Source: [Clostridium] leptum DSM 753 (GTDB lineage: Bacteria; Bacillota; Clostridia; Oscillospirales; Acutalibacteraceae). Taken from it: a DNA stretch of 32,000 nt. The notes under the pieces were generated by a model. The model did not search any database, was not told where the DNA came from, and saw only the letters and a list, made by a program, of their open reading frames with translations. Below, one piece after another: positions 1-8,886 of the stretch; positions within the stretch are counted from its first letter, which is position 1, and each line of letters starts with the position of its first letter. The stretch spans positions 324,832 through 356,831 of the forward strand of contig DS480348.1 of assembly GCA_000154345.1 (NCBI GenBank), given 5' to 3'. The translations under genes were made by a program, and so were the position numbers.

Positions 1-101
1 ATGTGTGTGATATCCTAAAATCGTGGAATTCAATGATGACGAAAGGGATAAAAGGGTGTATACTTTAAATGTAAATATAAAAAAGCAAAGGTGGTTTATT
101 T

Positions 102-614
102 ATGCTGAATCAAAAGGTAGCAGATCTGCTCAACCAGCAAATCAACAAGGAATTTTATTCCGCATATCTATATTTAGATTTCTCGAATTACTATGAAGCC
201 GCGGGACTGGATGGCTTTGCCAATTGGTATAAAGTGCAGGCACAGGAGGAGAGAGACCATGCCATGCTGTTTTACCAATATTTACAGAATAATAATTGTC
301 CTGTGACATTGGAAGCGATTGAAAAACCTAACGTGAAGCTGGAAAATACTATGGACGCCCTAAAGGCGGGACTTGTGCATGAGGAGTATGTCACCTCTCT
401 GATCAACGCTATTTGTGCGGCAGCTCATGAGGTGAATGATTTCCGCACTTTACAATTCCTGGATTGGTTTATTAAGGAGCAAGGCGAGGAGGAGACCAAT
501 GCGACCGACCTGATTACGAAGATGGAATTGTTTGGAAGCGACCCCAAAAGCCTTTATATGCTCAACAGCGAACTGGCAGCTCGTGTATACACAGCGCCAT
601 CCTTGGTGCTGTAA
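102..614 (+). CDS. ftnA: Ferritin (bacterial non-heme ferritin)
   Basis: 170 aa. N-terminus LNQQINKEFYSAYLYL and ferroxidase-type QAQEERDHA are typical of bacterial ferritin. AAAGGTGG RBS upstream and a hairpin terminator downstream. Confidence 0.9.
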   Translation: MLNQKVADLLNQQINKEFYSAYLYLDFSNYYEAAGLDGFANWYKVQAQEERDHAMLFYQYLQNNNCPVTLEAIEKPNVKLENTMDALKAGLVHEEYVTSLINAICAAAHEVNDFRTLQFLDWFIKEQGEEETNATDLITKMELFGSDPKSLYMLNSELAARVYTAPSLVL

Positions 615-627
615 ATCAAGCAGCACG

Positions 628-662
628 GCGTAGAAGAATCTATTTTCTTCTACGCTTTTTTG
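628..662 (+). terminator. Rho-independent terminator of ferritin gene
   Basis: 11-bp perfect stem gcgtagaagaa/ttcttctacgc (628-638 / 645-655) followed by a T-run. Confidence 0.8.
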
Positions 663-873
663 TTGCTTTCAGTAAGAGGCCCTGGTAGAAGGCAGGGAGA
701 AGATAAAAAGGTCTTGGCAAATAATAGCTTGAGGCCAGCGGCAAAACAGAAAATGATCTTCTACTCAATAAAAAAATTAGAGAAGAGAAAGGTAAAGGAT
801 AAAGAATCACTGTAGGCTGTAAACTGCCAAGGCCGGCTAGTTTTTCAACAGCAGGCCGAGAGATGGATAGTTC

Positions 874-902
874 TTGACAATATTAGGAAAAGTGATTAAA
901 CT
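874..902 (+). promoter_or_regulatory. Sigma-A-type promoter for the epimerase gene
   Basis: TTGACA (874-879), 17-nt spacer, TAAACT (897-902). The ORF-track start at 874 is the TTG of this -35 box, which argues for the ATG at 943 as the real start. Confidence 0.5.
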
Positions 903-942
903 AAAGACATTAAAATATAATTTTTTTGGAGGGGTTGAACCA

Positions 943-1803
943 ATGGCAGCGTTTCGTTTTGGCGTAGACAGCTTTATTTGGACAGAAGTTTTTTCGGAAA
1001 AAGACATTTGGATTTTGCCCAAGGCAAAGGAACTGGGCTTTGACGTCGTGGACCTGGCAATCGCCCATCCGGAAAGCTTTCCCTTGGAAAAGGTGCTGGA
1101 AGCAAAACGGCAGACGGGACTGGAATTGGTGACCACCACTACATTGGGGCTGGATACCAATCTGATTTCTCCGGATGAGGCTGTTCGAAAAAACGGAATT
1201 AATCATATGAAACGGATGGTGGATATCAATAAGGCGATTGGTTCCAAAATCCTTGGGGGTGTTAATTACGCAGGTTGGGGGTATCTGACCCGGAAGCCTA
1301 GAACTGAGCGGGAATGGGAATGGTCTGTCAGTGCGATGAGGGAGATTTCCAGCTATGCCAAGGAGACCTGGGATGGCGTGATCGCGGTGGAATGTGTCAA
1401 TCGGTTTGAAACTCATTTCCTGAATATTGCCGCTGACGCGGTTCAGTACTGCAAGGATGTGGGAAATAAGAATATGAAGGTCCATTTGGACTGCTTCCAT
1501 ATGATCCGTGAGGAAAAAAGCTTTGCGGGCGCGGTAAAGACCTGCGGCAAGGATTACCTGGGGTATGTCCATGTGAACGAAAATGACAGAGGTATTCCGG
1601 GCACCGGTCTGGTTCCCTTTGAGGAGCTGTTCCGGGCTTTGCTTGAGGTCGGCTACGAAGGCCCCTTAACCATCGAATCCTTTGATCCGAGCTTTGAAGA
1701 GCTGAGCGGCAACTGCGCTATCTGGAGAAAATTTGCGGATACCGGAGAAGAACTGGCAATTGAGGGATTGAAAAATTTGAAAGCGATTGCGTCGAAAATT
1801 TGA
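943..1803 (+). CDS. Sugar phosphate isomerase/epimerase, xylose-isomerase-like TIM barrel (ketose 3-epimerase-like)
   Basis: The sequence from MAAFRFGVDSFIWTE onward, its length (~286 aa), and the VECVNRFE, HLDCFHM and ESFD patterns resemble the D-tagatose/D-psicose 3-epimerase family. GGAGGGG RBS lies 8 nt before the ATG at 943. Confidence 0.75.
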   Translation: MAAFRFGVDSFIWTEVFSEKDIWILPKAKELGFDVVDLAIAHPESFPLEKVLEAKRQTGLELVTTTTLGLDTNLISPDEAVRKNGINHMKRMVDINKAIGSKILGGVNYAGWGYLTRKPRTEREWEWSVSAMREISSYAKETWDGVIAVECVNRFETHFLNIAADAVQYCKDVGNKNMKVHLDCFHMIREEKSFAGAVKTCGKDYLGYVHVNENDRGIPGTGLVPFEELFRALLEVGYEGPLTIESFDPSFEELSGNCAIWRKFADTGEELAIEGLKNLKAIASKI

Positions 1804-1855
1804 TAAAGCGTCAAATAGCCGGATATGGGCTGTTTGACAGAGGGGAGAATTCTTT

Positions 1856-2119
1856 ATGATTACCATTTTCAACCGAAAAAGGCTGTTCAGCTCCTTTTCT
1901 GTCAAGGCTCAGGCAAGCCTGCGGGAAGCCCTGGCGGCCCACAAGATTCCCTATATCGTCAATGCGGTCAATATAGCCGGCGGCTTTGGTCGCGCCGACA
2001 TTCGAGCGGCTACAGGAGGCGTGGGCCTGAACCTGGATTATGCCTATGAATATGAGATTTATGTGAGAAAAAAGGATTACCAGCGGGCAGAGGACTTGCT
2101 GAGAGCCCAAATCGGATGA
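1856..2119 (+). CDS. Small hypothetical protein (DUF2007-like beta-alpha-beta pattern)
   Basis: 87 aa. GAGGGGAG RBS ~8 nt upstream and a strong terminator 30 nt downstream. The family assignment is tentative. Confidence 0.55.
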   Translation: MITIFNRKRLFSSFSVKAQASLREALAAHKIPYIVNAVNIAGGFGRADIRAATGGVGLNLDYAYEYEIYVRKKDYQRAEDLLRAQIG

Positions 2120-2147
2120 AATATGGAAAGCGAGAATTTCAGAACAG

Positions 2148-2182
2148 AAAAAAGCTTCGGTTAGTCAACCGAAGCTTTTTTA
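2148..2182. terminator. Bidirectional hairpin terminator
   Basis: aaaaagcttcgg / ccgaagcttttt stem with an 8-nt loop, flanked by an A-run and a T-run. It lies between convergent genes. Confidence 0.8.
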
Positions 2183-2397
2183 TTAGTATCTTAAACAATA
2201 AAATTTTGATAAGAGACGCCTGCAAAAATAGAAATCAACTCAAGCTTTGACCGTCAAGAATAAGGCATAAGGCGATTTTCTCACTGCTATACCAAATTAC
2301 CAACATGAGGCGTGATGCTTTGGCGGTTTCAAGGGACTGGAGAAAAATCATGATCCTCTTTCCAGTCAAATCCTTCAGCGACGGCCTGCGGGCAGGA

Positions 2398-3618
2398 TCA
2401 AATCTGTTTGTCAATAAAGTCAAATTCTTCCTGCATGGCGTAGGCGGCTGCGCCGATAGCGCCAATATATTCATTAAAAACGCTTGCCGTAACCTTCAGC
2501 CCTTGATAGATCTCCTGAACCACATTGCGCTCCAAAACCTTGGAAATCTCCTGGAAGAAAGGCTCGCCCAACTGGGCCAGCTGGCCGGAAAGCACCACGA
2601 CCTCCGGTGCCAGAATGTTCACCGCCATGCCCAGAGCTTCCCCCAGAATATTGGCCAAATCCAGCATGAGCTTTACAGAATCAGAATGTTCCTGAGCCGC
2701 GGATTCGCAGAACATCTCCAAAGTCACCTTGTCCGGGTCTCCTCCGGCCATTTCCATAATTTCTGGAAAACGGCCGAACTCAAAACCCGCCTTAAGCTTT
2801 CCCAATATGCTGAGGTCGGAAATTTCAGAGTTGAGACAGCCGATCCCGCCGCAGGAACACAGGGTGCCGTGAGGGGCAACCTTAACGTGTCCCAGCTCGC
2901 CGGAAAGGCCGCCGCGGCTTAAGATCAGATGATTATTGATGACCGGCACGATACGGACGCCGGTGCGGATAGAGACAAATAAAAAGTCCCGGCAGTCGCC
3001 GTTGTAGCGAAGCCATTTATAAGCGAACGCCATGACATTGACGTTGTTGTCCAGGTAACAGGGAAGATGAAATTCATCCTCTAAAATCTTTTTGACCGGG
3101 ACGTTTTCCCAGTCCTTTAAGCGAAAGTGGGAAAGAGCGATGCTCTTATCCTCATTCAAATAGCCGGGAATTCCTACGCTGATGGCGAAAATCTGCCCCG
3201 GCTTTCCCTTTACGGCGTCGATAGCGGCATGGATATGCCGGATTAAAAGCGCTAGAATCGCGTCTTTTCCCTGGTCAGGGAGTAAATCCTCCTCCGACTG
3301 GTAGATGATCTCACCGGTGAAATCCAGCATAGCGCAGTGCAAATGAAACGCATTGAATTCCGCGCCGATGAAATAACCGCCCTCGGGATTCAGGCGGAGC
3401 CATACCGGCTTCCGCCCGACCCTGGGTTCCTCGCAATCGGCCTCGTAAACCATGCCGCTTGCGATTAAATCGTCAATGATGTCTAAAACCGTGGACATAC
3501 TGTACATGGTCATCTTTTTCACATCATAGCGTGAAATATTCTCATTGGAGCGGATGATATTTAATATCTTATTCCGCTTATAGTACTTCCGTGTGGTGAT
3601 GATCGATTCAGTGGCCAT
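2398..3618 (-). CDS. ROK family transcriptional regulator
   Basis: 406 aa. N-terminal winged-HTH region (ILNIIRSNENISRYDVKKMT) plus a ROK sugar-kinase-like body with the zinc motif HxxxxxxxLCSCGGIGCL. Confidence 0.85.
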   Translation of the reverse strand: MATESIITTRKYYKRNKILNIIRSNENISRYDVKKMTMYSMSTVLDIIDDLIASGMVYEADCEEPRVGRKPVWLRLNPEGGYFIGAEFNAFHLHCAMLDFTGEIIYQSEEDLLPDQGKDAILALLIRHIHAAIDAVKGKPGQIFAISVGIPGYLNEDKSIALSHFRLKDWENVPVKKILEDEFHLPCYLDNNVNVMAFAYKWLRYNGDCRDFLFVSIRTGVRIVPVINNHLILSRGGLSGELGHVKVAPHGTLCSCGGIGCLNSEISDLSILGKLKAGFEFGRFPEIMEMAGGDPDKVTLEMFCESAAQEHSDSVKLMLDLANILGEALGMAVNILAPEVVVLSGQLAQLGEPFFQEISKVLERNVVQEIYQGLKVTASVFNEYIGAIGAAAYAMQEEFDFIDKQI

Positions 3619-3671
3619 GACAGCAATCCATCCATTTCTTTTAAGGGTAAGCTACTATAAGATAAAATTTC

Positions 3672-4307
3672 TTATTTGGTCTTCTGAAGATCCAGGAAGA
3701 ACTGGCATTCCTCGTCGGACAGCGGAACCTCGCCGCCCAGCTGAGCGGTCAGGAACAGCGCCTTGGCAATGGCCTCGGCGGCTTCGGTCTTATTCATGGC
3801 GTCGGTAACGGTTTTGCCTACCACCAGCACGCCGTGGTTGCCCAGCAGAACAATGTCTCTCTTGTTTTGCAGAATCGGAATCGCGCCCGCCAGAATCTTA
3901 TCTGTGCCGGGACGGCCATAAGGGGCGCACTCGAACTTGCAGAAGTTACCCATCATTTCCGGATAGGCTCTGGTTTCTACATCCTTGTTGGCCAGGGCAT
4001 AGGCGGTCAGATACGGAGGATGGCAGTGTACCACGCCGCCGATGTCGTCGCGGATGGTATAGGTTTCGGTGTGCATGGGAAGCTCAGAGGTGGGCTTGCA
4101 GTTACCATGGATCTGGTTGCCGTTTTCATCCATGACAGCGATCATGTCCTCAGTCAGAAGGCCCTTATTCTTGGTGGTGGGGGTGATGTAGATTTTGCCG
4201 TCTACCTTTGCGGAAATGTTGCCCTCGAAGGTGTTGACCAGCGTTTTCTCGTCCAGGCGTTTTGCTACCGCCATGACTTCGCGGATGACGTCCATGTTGA
4301 TGTTCAT
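3672..4307 (-). CDS. Class II aldolase/adducin family protein (L-fuculose-1-phosphate aldolase-like)
   Basis: 211 aa. Motifs EGNISAK, PTSELPMH, VVHCHPPY and LLGNHGVLVVG are typical of FucA/AraD-type class II aldolases. GGAGGA RBS. Confidence 0.85.
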   Translation of the reverse strand: MNINMDVIREVMAVAKRLDEKTLVNTFEGNISAKVDGKIYITPTTKNKGLLTEDMIAVMDENGNQIHGNCKPTSELPMHTETYTIRDDIGGVVHCHPPYLTAYALANKDVETRAYPEMMGNFCKFECAPYGRPGTDKILAGAIPILQNKRDIVLLGNHGVLVVGKTVTDAMNKTEAAEAIAKALFLTAQLGGEVPLSDEECQFFLDLQKTK

Positions 4308-4358
4308 TGCGATTCCTCCATTTTCTTTAACTGTTTACGGCCCGGAGGCCGGTTTATC

Positions 4359-4397
4359 AAAATCGGTTTTCCCTTCATGAAAAGCAAAACCGGTTTT
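4359..4397. repeat. Paired AAAA(T/C)CGGTTTT elements in the kinase-aldolase intergenic region
   Basis: aaaatcggtttt (4359-4370) and the perfect 12-bp palindrome aaaaccggtttt (4386-4397). The two copies can pair with each other (11 of 12) as an RNA hairpin. Confidence 0.4.
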
Positions 4398-4405
4398 TCC
4401 TGTGA

Positions 4406-5896
4406 TTAATGGCAAACATTCTTTTCGACTGCGGCCTGGAGCGCGGCATCCCAATCCCTTCCGGGCTGGGGCTCGTATTCCTTCATTTGGAAAGAACGGC
4501 CGGCGACCTCCCGCATTTCCTCTACGGAAGAAACCTTCCCGTCGGCGTAGAACTGAGTCAGCAGGTTGCCGGCTAGAGTGGCGTATGGCATACCGGCATG
4601 AATCGGCAGGCGGAGAGCGTCGCTGAGAAGCTGAACCAGCAAGGTGTTCCGGGAGCCGCCGTTGATGACAAAGGCATCTTCCAAGGGCATTCCCAAGGTG
4701 TTTTTCAGATAATCAGCGCAGTATTTTACCTTTAAAGCCAGGCTTTCGAAAATACAGCGAACCCATTCGCCGACGGTCTGCGGAACCGCTTGGCCGGTCT
4801 GCTGCAGATATTCGGCCATTTTGACCCGGATATCGCCGCCGGGCGTGTTGAAGGTGGGATACTCATTATCTATGTAAGCGTTCAGCGATTTAGCTTCTTC
4901 CGCGAGGCTGTGAAGCTCATCAAAGGAATATTCCCTGCCCTCCCGCTTTAAAGCGGCCCGCAGCTCATTAATGAGCCAGAAGGCGGAGAAATCTCTGTAA
5001 ATTATCTTTCTGCGGGCGATGCCGCCGGTGTTCTTAAAGCCGCCCTGATAAGCGGCCTCAGATACCAGAGGCTCGTCAGTTTCGATTCCCATGCTGATCT
5101 GGGTGCCAATGCTGATGTACAGCTTGTTTTTGCCGAATCCGGGAATGGCGGCTACTGCGGCAGCGCTGTCATGGCCTACAGAGGCCACCAGCTTTGCGGG
5201 GCCGATGCCGGTCAGAGAGGCGATCTCCGGGGTGACCGTGCCCTTTACGGTGCCGGCGTCCACCAAATTCGTGAGAAAATGGGTGGGAATGGAGAATTCC
5301 TGAAACAGCTGCTTGCTCCAATTTTCCTGAGAGGGTTCCATCAGCGCGGAGGTCCCGGCAATGGTCATTTCCGTGGACATCTGCCCGGAAATGAAATAGC
5401 CCAGCAGGTCGGGCAGGAACAAAAGCTTATCTGCGTTGTCCAGGCAGGTATCGCCGTTGACAATGCAGGAATACAGCTGAGGGAGGGTGTAGGTCCGGTT
5501 GAACTGTACGCCGGTAAGCTCAAAGATTCTTCTCTGGGACACTTTTTCATAGATTACATCCATGATCGTGTCGGTGCGTTTGTCGCGGTAGTGATAAACC
5601 GGCTCCAAAAGACGGCCTTTTTTGTCTAAAAGGCCGTAAGAAGCGCCCCAGGTGTCGATCCCAATGGTAGCGGCTGGGCCAAGCTCAGAAGCGTATTGGG
5701 TCATACCGGAGACGATGCTGCGGTAAAGGGCAAACACATCCCAATATAAGGTGTCAAGAATTTGCACCGGCTGGTTGGGAAACGTGATGTAGTCCGCCAG
5801 CTCAATACGGCTGCCATCAAAGGAAGCCGCCGCCATTTTACCGCCGCTGGCGCCTAAGTCCACGGCAACGGCATAGTGGTTCGCGCATTTTTTCAT
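4406..5896 (-). CDS. FGGY-family carbohydrate kinase, rhamnulokinase-like
   Basis: 496 aa. N-terminal AVAVDLGASGGK and C-terminal INGGSRNTLLVQLLSDAL are typical of RhaB-type FGGY kinases. GGAGGG RBS. Confidence 0.85.
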   Translation of the reverse strand: MKKCANHYAVAVDLGASGGKMAAASFDGSRIELADYITFPNQPVQILDTLYWDVFALYRSIVSGMTQYASELGPAATIGIDTWGASYGLLDKKGRLLEPVYHYRDKRTDTIMDVIYEKVSQRRIFELTGVQFNRTYTLPQLYSCIVNGDTCLDNADKLLFLPDLLGYFISGQMSTEMTIAGTSALMEPSQENWSKQLFQEFSIPTHFLTNLVDAGTVKGTVTPEIASLTGIGPAKLVASVGHDSAAAVAAIPGFGKNKLYISIGTQISMGIETDEPLVSEAAYQGGFKNTGGIARRKIIYRDFSAFWLINELRAALKREGREYSFDELHSLAEEAKSLNAYIDNEYPTFNTPGGDIRVKMAEYLQQTGQAVPQTVGEWVRCIFESLALKVKYCADYLKNTLGMPLEDAFVINGGSRNTLLVQLLSDALRLPIHAGMPYATLAGNLLTQFYADGKVSSVEEMREVAGRSFQMKEYEPQPGRDWDAALQAAVEKNVCH

Positions 5897-5923
5897 ACTG
5901 CAACCCTCCAGGTTATTTGTTTA

Positions 5924-5939
5924 TTATCTTTATAGATAA
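5924..5939. promoter_or_regulatory. Palindrome TTATCT-N4-AGATAA just upstream of the kinase RBS (candidate operator)
   Basis: Perfect 6-bp arms 28-43 nt upstream of the kinase start codon, in an AT-rich divergent promoter region. The binding protein is unknown; the ROK regulator is a guess. Confidence 0.3.
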
Positions 5940-6132
5940 AATGCGGATTAAAAGCTGGTGAAATCGGAGCCAGATTTTCCAAAGGGATAAAATAAATTGT
6001 AAAAAATGCTGATCCTTTTTATCGTTTCTAACACTATAATAATGGAAATCAGGCCAAAAGTCAATAATAACCGGATAAGAAAACAGAAGAACTTTCTGCG
6101 GACCTTCGGGACTTTTCCCAAGATTGGAATTT

Positions 6133-6161
6133 TTGATTTTTTTACGGCGGTATGCTATACT
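6133..6161 (+). promoter_or_regulatory. Sigma-A-type promoter of mtnN
   Basis: TTGATT (6133-6138), 17-nt spacer, TATACT (6156-6161), with an extended -10 TG (tgcTATACT). Confidence 0.55.
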
Positions 6162-6219
6162 AAGAATAAATTTTTCGCGGCCTTTGCGGCGCCGCGGCAG
6201 GAAGAAGGGGCGGCTTATC

Positions 6220-6912
6220 ATGATTGGATTGATCGGTGCGATGACGGTAGAGGTAGAGCTCATCAAGGGCAGCATGACTGAGAAAAGGGAAGAAACCATC
6301 AGTGGAATTACCTTTGTGCAGGGAAAGCTGGAGGGCGTGGATTGCGTGGCGGCGGTCAGCGGTATCGGCAAGGTGAACGCGGCGATGTGCGCGCAGACTA
6401 TGATTCTCCGTTACCATCCCCGGCTGATTATCAATACCGGTGTGGCCGGAGGCATGGGGAAAGGAATTAAAATCAGTGACATTGTAGTGGCTGATTCGGT
6501 GGTTCAGCACGATATGGATACCTCTGATCTAGGGGATCCCAAAGGGTTTATTTCCGGAATCGATAGGATTCAGATCCCGTGCGACGAGGAATTGAACGAT
6601 AAGGTGCGCGCGGCCGCGGGAGCGGTAGAGGGGCTGGCCTGTCACCAGGGAATTATCGCCACTGGAGATCAGTTTGTAGGCTCAAAGGACAAGCTGAACC
6701 GGCTGATGGAGGAATTCGGCGCGGTGGCCTGTGAGATGGAGGGCGGCAGCATCGGACAGGTCTGCTACATCAACAAGGTGCCCTTTACAGTGGTGCGGGC
6801 AATTTCCGACAATGCCAATGACGACGCCCACATGGACTATCCTAAATTTTTGAAAATCGCGGTAAAGAAATCCTTTGAGCTTTTAACAGAATTGATGCCC
6901 TTGCTCGCGTGA
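6220..6912 (+). CDS. mtnN: 5'-methylthioadenosine/S-adenosylhomocysteine nucleosidase
   Basis: MIGLIGAMTVEVE start, with GIGKVNAA, NTGVAGG, CEMEGGSIGQVC and RAISD motifs. The ATG at 6220 follows GAAGAAGGGG. The upstream extension in the ORF track overlaps the promoter. Confidence 0.9.
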   Translation: MIGLIGAMTVEVELIKGSMTEKREETISGITFVQGKLEGVDCVAAVSGIGKVNAAMCAQTMILRYHPRLIINTGVAGGMGKGIKISDIVVADSVVQHDMDTSDLGDPKGFISGIDRIQIPCDEELNDKVRAAAGAVEGLACHQGIIATGDQFVGSKDKLNRLMEEFGAVACEMEGGSIGQVCYINKVPFTVVRAISDNANDDAHMDYPKFLKIAVKKSFELLTELMPLLA

Positions 6913-7210
6913 CAGAGAGGCTTTCTTATCACTTGAAACCGAGCCGGCCTGGCGGCTGAATTTTGCCGGCTTCGAAATTTTCGGCATGAGAGACAGAATG
7001 TGACGCTTTGGAGGCAAGTAAAAGATGGCCCGCAAGGCTTTTGCCCTCGCGGCCCCTATTCGGATGCTTATCCTTGGCCATCGGCCTGACGGATTACCCT
7101 GATCCGGCAAAGGGCGGAATGATCTTACTAGGGGGAAGGAATCTGTCTGGCTGACGTATTTTTATTAGCAGGTTTATAAAATCTAATAAAGAAGCGTAGA
7201 AGGTGTCGTT

Positions 7211-7789
7211 ATGAAAATTTACGATATTTCCAAAGGCTATTTTACCGCGCCGGTGTATCCGGGAGATCCCGTCCCGAGGCTGGAGCGGCTTCAGCAAATG
7301 CAGCTGGGGGATAAATTTAATCTTACCGCATATTACGGCGGCGCCCATGCCGCTACCCATATGGATGCGCCCCGGCATTTTGTGGACGACGGCGCGACCA
7401 TAGACCAGGTGCCTCTTGAGGCATGCTTCGGCCCGTGCACGGTGCTTTCGGTCAGCGGTATCCTCACTGGGGAAGATGCCGACGAAATTCTGCAATTTAC
7501 CCAGCCTAGGCTGCTTCTGCGCGGGGAGGGCTCGGCGTACCTGTCTCAAAGCGGGGCCTTCGCCCTGGCGGATGGGGGGATCGCTTTAGTAGGTACGGAC
7601 GCTTCTTCCATCGCTCCCTATGAAGACGCCGTTTTGCCGCATCAGGAGCTTCTGCTGGCGGGCGTGCCGATTTTGGAGGGCTTGGATCTGAGCGGGGTGC
7701 CGGATGGAAACTACATTCTTGCCGCGTTTCCACTGAAACTGGAGGGGCTGGAGGCGGCTCCCGTACGGGCGGTTCTGCTGGAAGAGTAA
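7211..7789 (+). CDS. Cyclase family protein (kynurenine formamidase-like)
   Basis: 192 aa with the HxxTHxDAPxH metal motif (GAHAATHMDAPRHF). GAAGGTG RBS. Confidence 0.8.
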   Translation: MKIYDISKGYFTAPVYPGDPVPRLERLQQMQLGDKFNLTAYYGGAHAATHMDAPRHFVDDGATIDQVPLEACFGPCTVLSVSGILTGEDADEILQFTQPRLLLRGEGSAYLSQSGAFALADGGIALVGTDASSIAPYEDAVLPHQELLLAGVPILEGLDLSGVPDGNYILAAFPLKLEGLEAAPVRAVLLEE

Positions 7790-7885
7790 AGCGGTGCTTC
7801 AATGTGTCTTTGTTTGATGGTCAAGGATAGTAATAAATATTAAAGTTTTGGAAAAACTAGCCTCAGGAAAACGAGGTGATAGTTT

Positions 7886-8254
7886 TTGGAAATGCTTTGG
7901 GAATACGGGAAAGCCTTTGTGGTAGGCGGCCTGATCTGCTTGGTAGGTCAAATCCTAATCGATAAGACTAAACTGACCCCGGCCCGTATTTTAGTATTGT
8001 TCGTCACTTTGGGAGTGGTGCTCACTGCTGTGGGCCTTTACGGCCCTCTGGTAGATTTCGCTGGAGCGGGGGCGACAGTACCGTTGACAGGCTTTGGCTA
8101 CACGATGGCCAAGGGTGTGGTTAAAGCGATTCAGGAGCAAGGAATCCTGGGAATCCTAACCGGGGGCGTCACCGCGGCCGCTGCGGGAATTGCGGCAGCG
8201 GTATTCTTCGGGTATTTGGCGGCGCTGATCTCTAAGCCAAGCGATAAGGGCTGA
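7886..8254 (+). CDS. spoVAE: Stage V sporulation protein AE (SpoVAEb-type)
   Basis: ~120 aa polytopic protein. FVVGGLICLVGQIL, FAGAGATVPLTGFG and a C-terminal ...SKP tail match SpoVAE. The start is TTG 7886 or ATG 7892, after AGGTGA. Confidence 0.85.
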   Translation: MEMLWEYGKAFVVGGLICLVGQILIDKTKLTPARILVLFVTLGVVLTAVGLYGPLVDFAGAGATVPLTGFGYTMAKGVVKAIQEQGILGILTGGVTAAAAGIAAAVFFGYLAALISKPSDKG

Positions 8255-8389
8255 GCCTAAGAGGGCTGGCTGCCGCGAATAGGAGAAAAGGAAGCCTTTA
8301 CCCATGCGCGTTTTATTGAACTGGGCGGCAAAATAGCGGAAGACTTAAAAAATATGCGGAAGATCTTCCTTTGCTCTTCTTGCCGTCAA

Positions 8390-8430
8390 TCAAAAAGCTG
8401 TGAGGATTTCTCACAGCTTTTTGATTTTTA
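8390..8430 (+). terminator. Rho-independent terminator after spoVAE
   Basis: 15-bp stem tcaaaaagctgtgag/ctcacagctttttga with a 5-nt loop, then a T-run. Confidence 0.8.
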
Positions 8431-8619
8431 GCCCGGAACTGTCTGGCTGCGGGTATGGTTCCCTGCCTTTCTAATTGCTGCTATCGTTTCATATGCTTTA
8501 ACTGAATTTTTGAATTAACAAAGCGAACACGAAATGTTTAACGAATGGATAAGCCATTGGCTCTGTAACGATACGGATCAGCTATAAAAACATGAAAATG
8601 AAGATAAGGCAATAAAAAC

Positions 8620-8655
8620 GGGCTGTTTTCTTTTCCGCAAAAAAGAAAACAGCCC
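8620..8655. terminator. Bidirectional hairpin terminator
   Basis: 15-bp perfect stem gggctgttttctttt/aaaagaaaacagccc, with U-rich tracts available on both strands. Confidence 0.75.
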
Positions 8656-8699
8656 AGATTTTATTTGTTTTTTACCGGCTGGCAGTCAAATGCCTGTCC

Positions 8700-8852
8700 C
8701 TATTGAATAGAGCAGTCCAGATAGTGCTCAAGCTCTTCGTCTTCTTTTTTCTTTTTCTGGTGGAGCAGACAGACAGTGGTAACGGTTGCCACGATAGCTG
8801 CCACAGAAGTTATTAAGCCGATCAATAACGCGATTTTATGACACTTCTTCAA
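8700..8852 (-). CDS. Small single-pass membrane peptide (50 aa), hypothetical
   Basis: TTG start 6 nt after GGAGGTG. Product is MKKCHKIALLIGLITSVAAIVATVTTVCLLHQKKKKEDEELEHYLDCSIQ. It has its own promoter upstream and a terminator downstream. The longer 71-aa ORF-track version would begin inside the promoter/leader. Confidence 0.6.
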   Translation of the reverse strand: MKKCHKIALLIGLITSVAAIVATVTTVCLLHQKKKKEDEELEHYLDCSIQ

Positions 8853-8886
8853 ATGAGAGCACCTCCATAAATCAATTTCTATTCTT

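Noticed and set aside
874-942. N-terminal extensions in the ORF track: 874 for the epimerase, 6124 for mtnN, 9405 for rpsT, 13495 for cca, 24200 for metG, 24423 for DUF3048, 26139 for htrA and 28038 for DUF1540.
   Set aside because: In each case an internal start with a well-spaced Shine-Dalgarno coincides with the conserved N-terminus of the family. The extensions overlap promoter or leader sequence.
2305-2922. 205-aa ORF antisense to the ROK regulator. Similar long antisense or alternate-frame ORFs occur at 910-1572, 3834-4409, 5171-5629, 10878-11300, 21241-22050, 22323-22811, 23077-23460, 23271-23879, 24627-25022, 25164-25568, 26247-26909, 26960-27331, 28603-29037 and 29740-30384.
   Set aside because: Each lies fully inside a gene with clear family motifs on the other strand or in another frame. 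Their products are Arg/Gly/Pro-rich with no recognisable motifs or RBS, which is typical of ~55% GC DNA.
6913-7210. The 300-nt mtnN-cyclase intergenic region, which contains the 8-mer ggattacc also present next to repeat copy B.
   Set aside because: An 8-mer match is expected by chance and no further alignment supports it.
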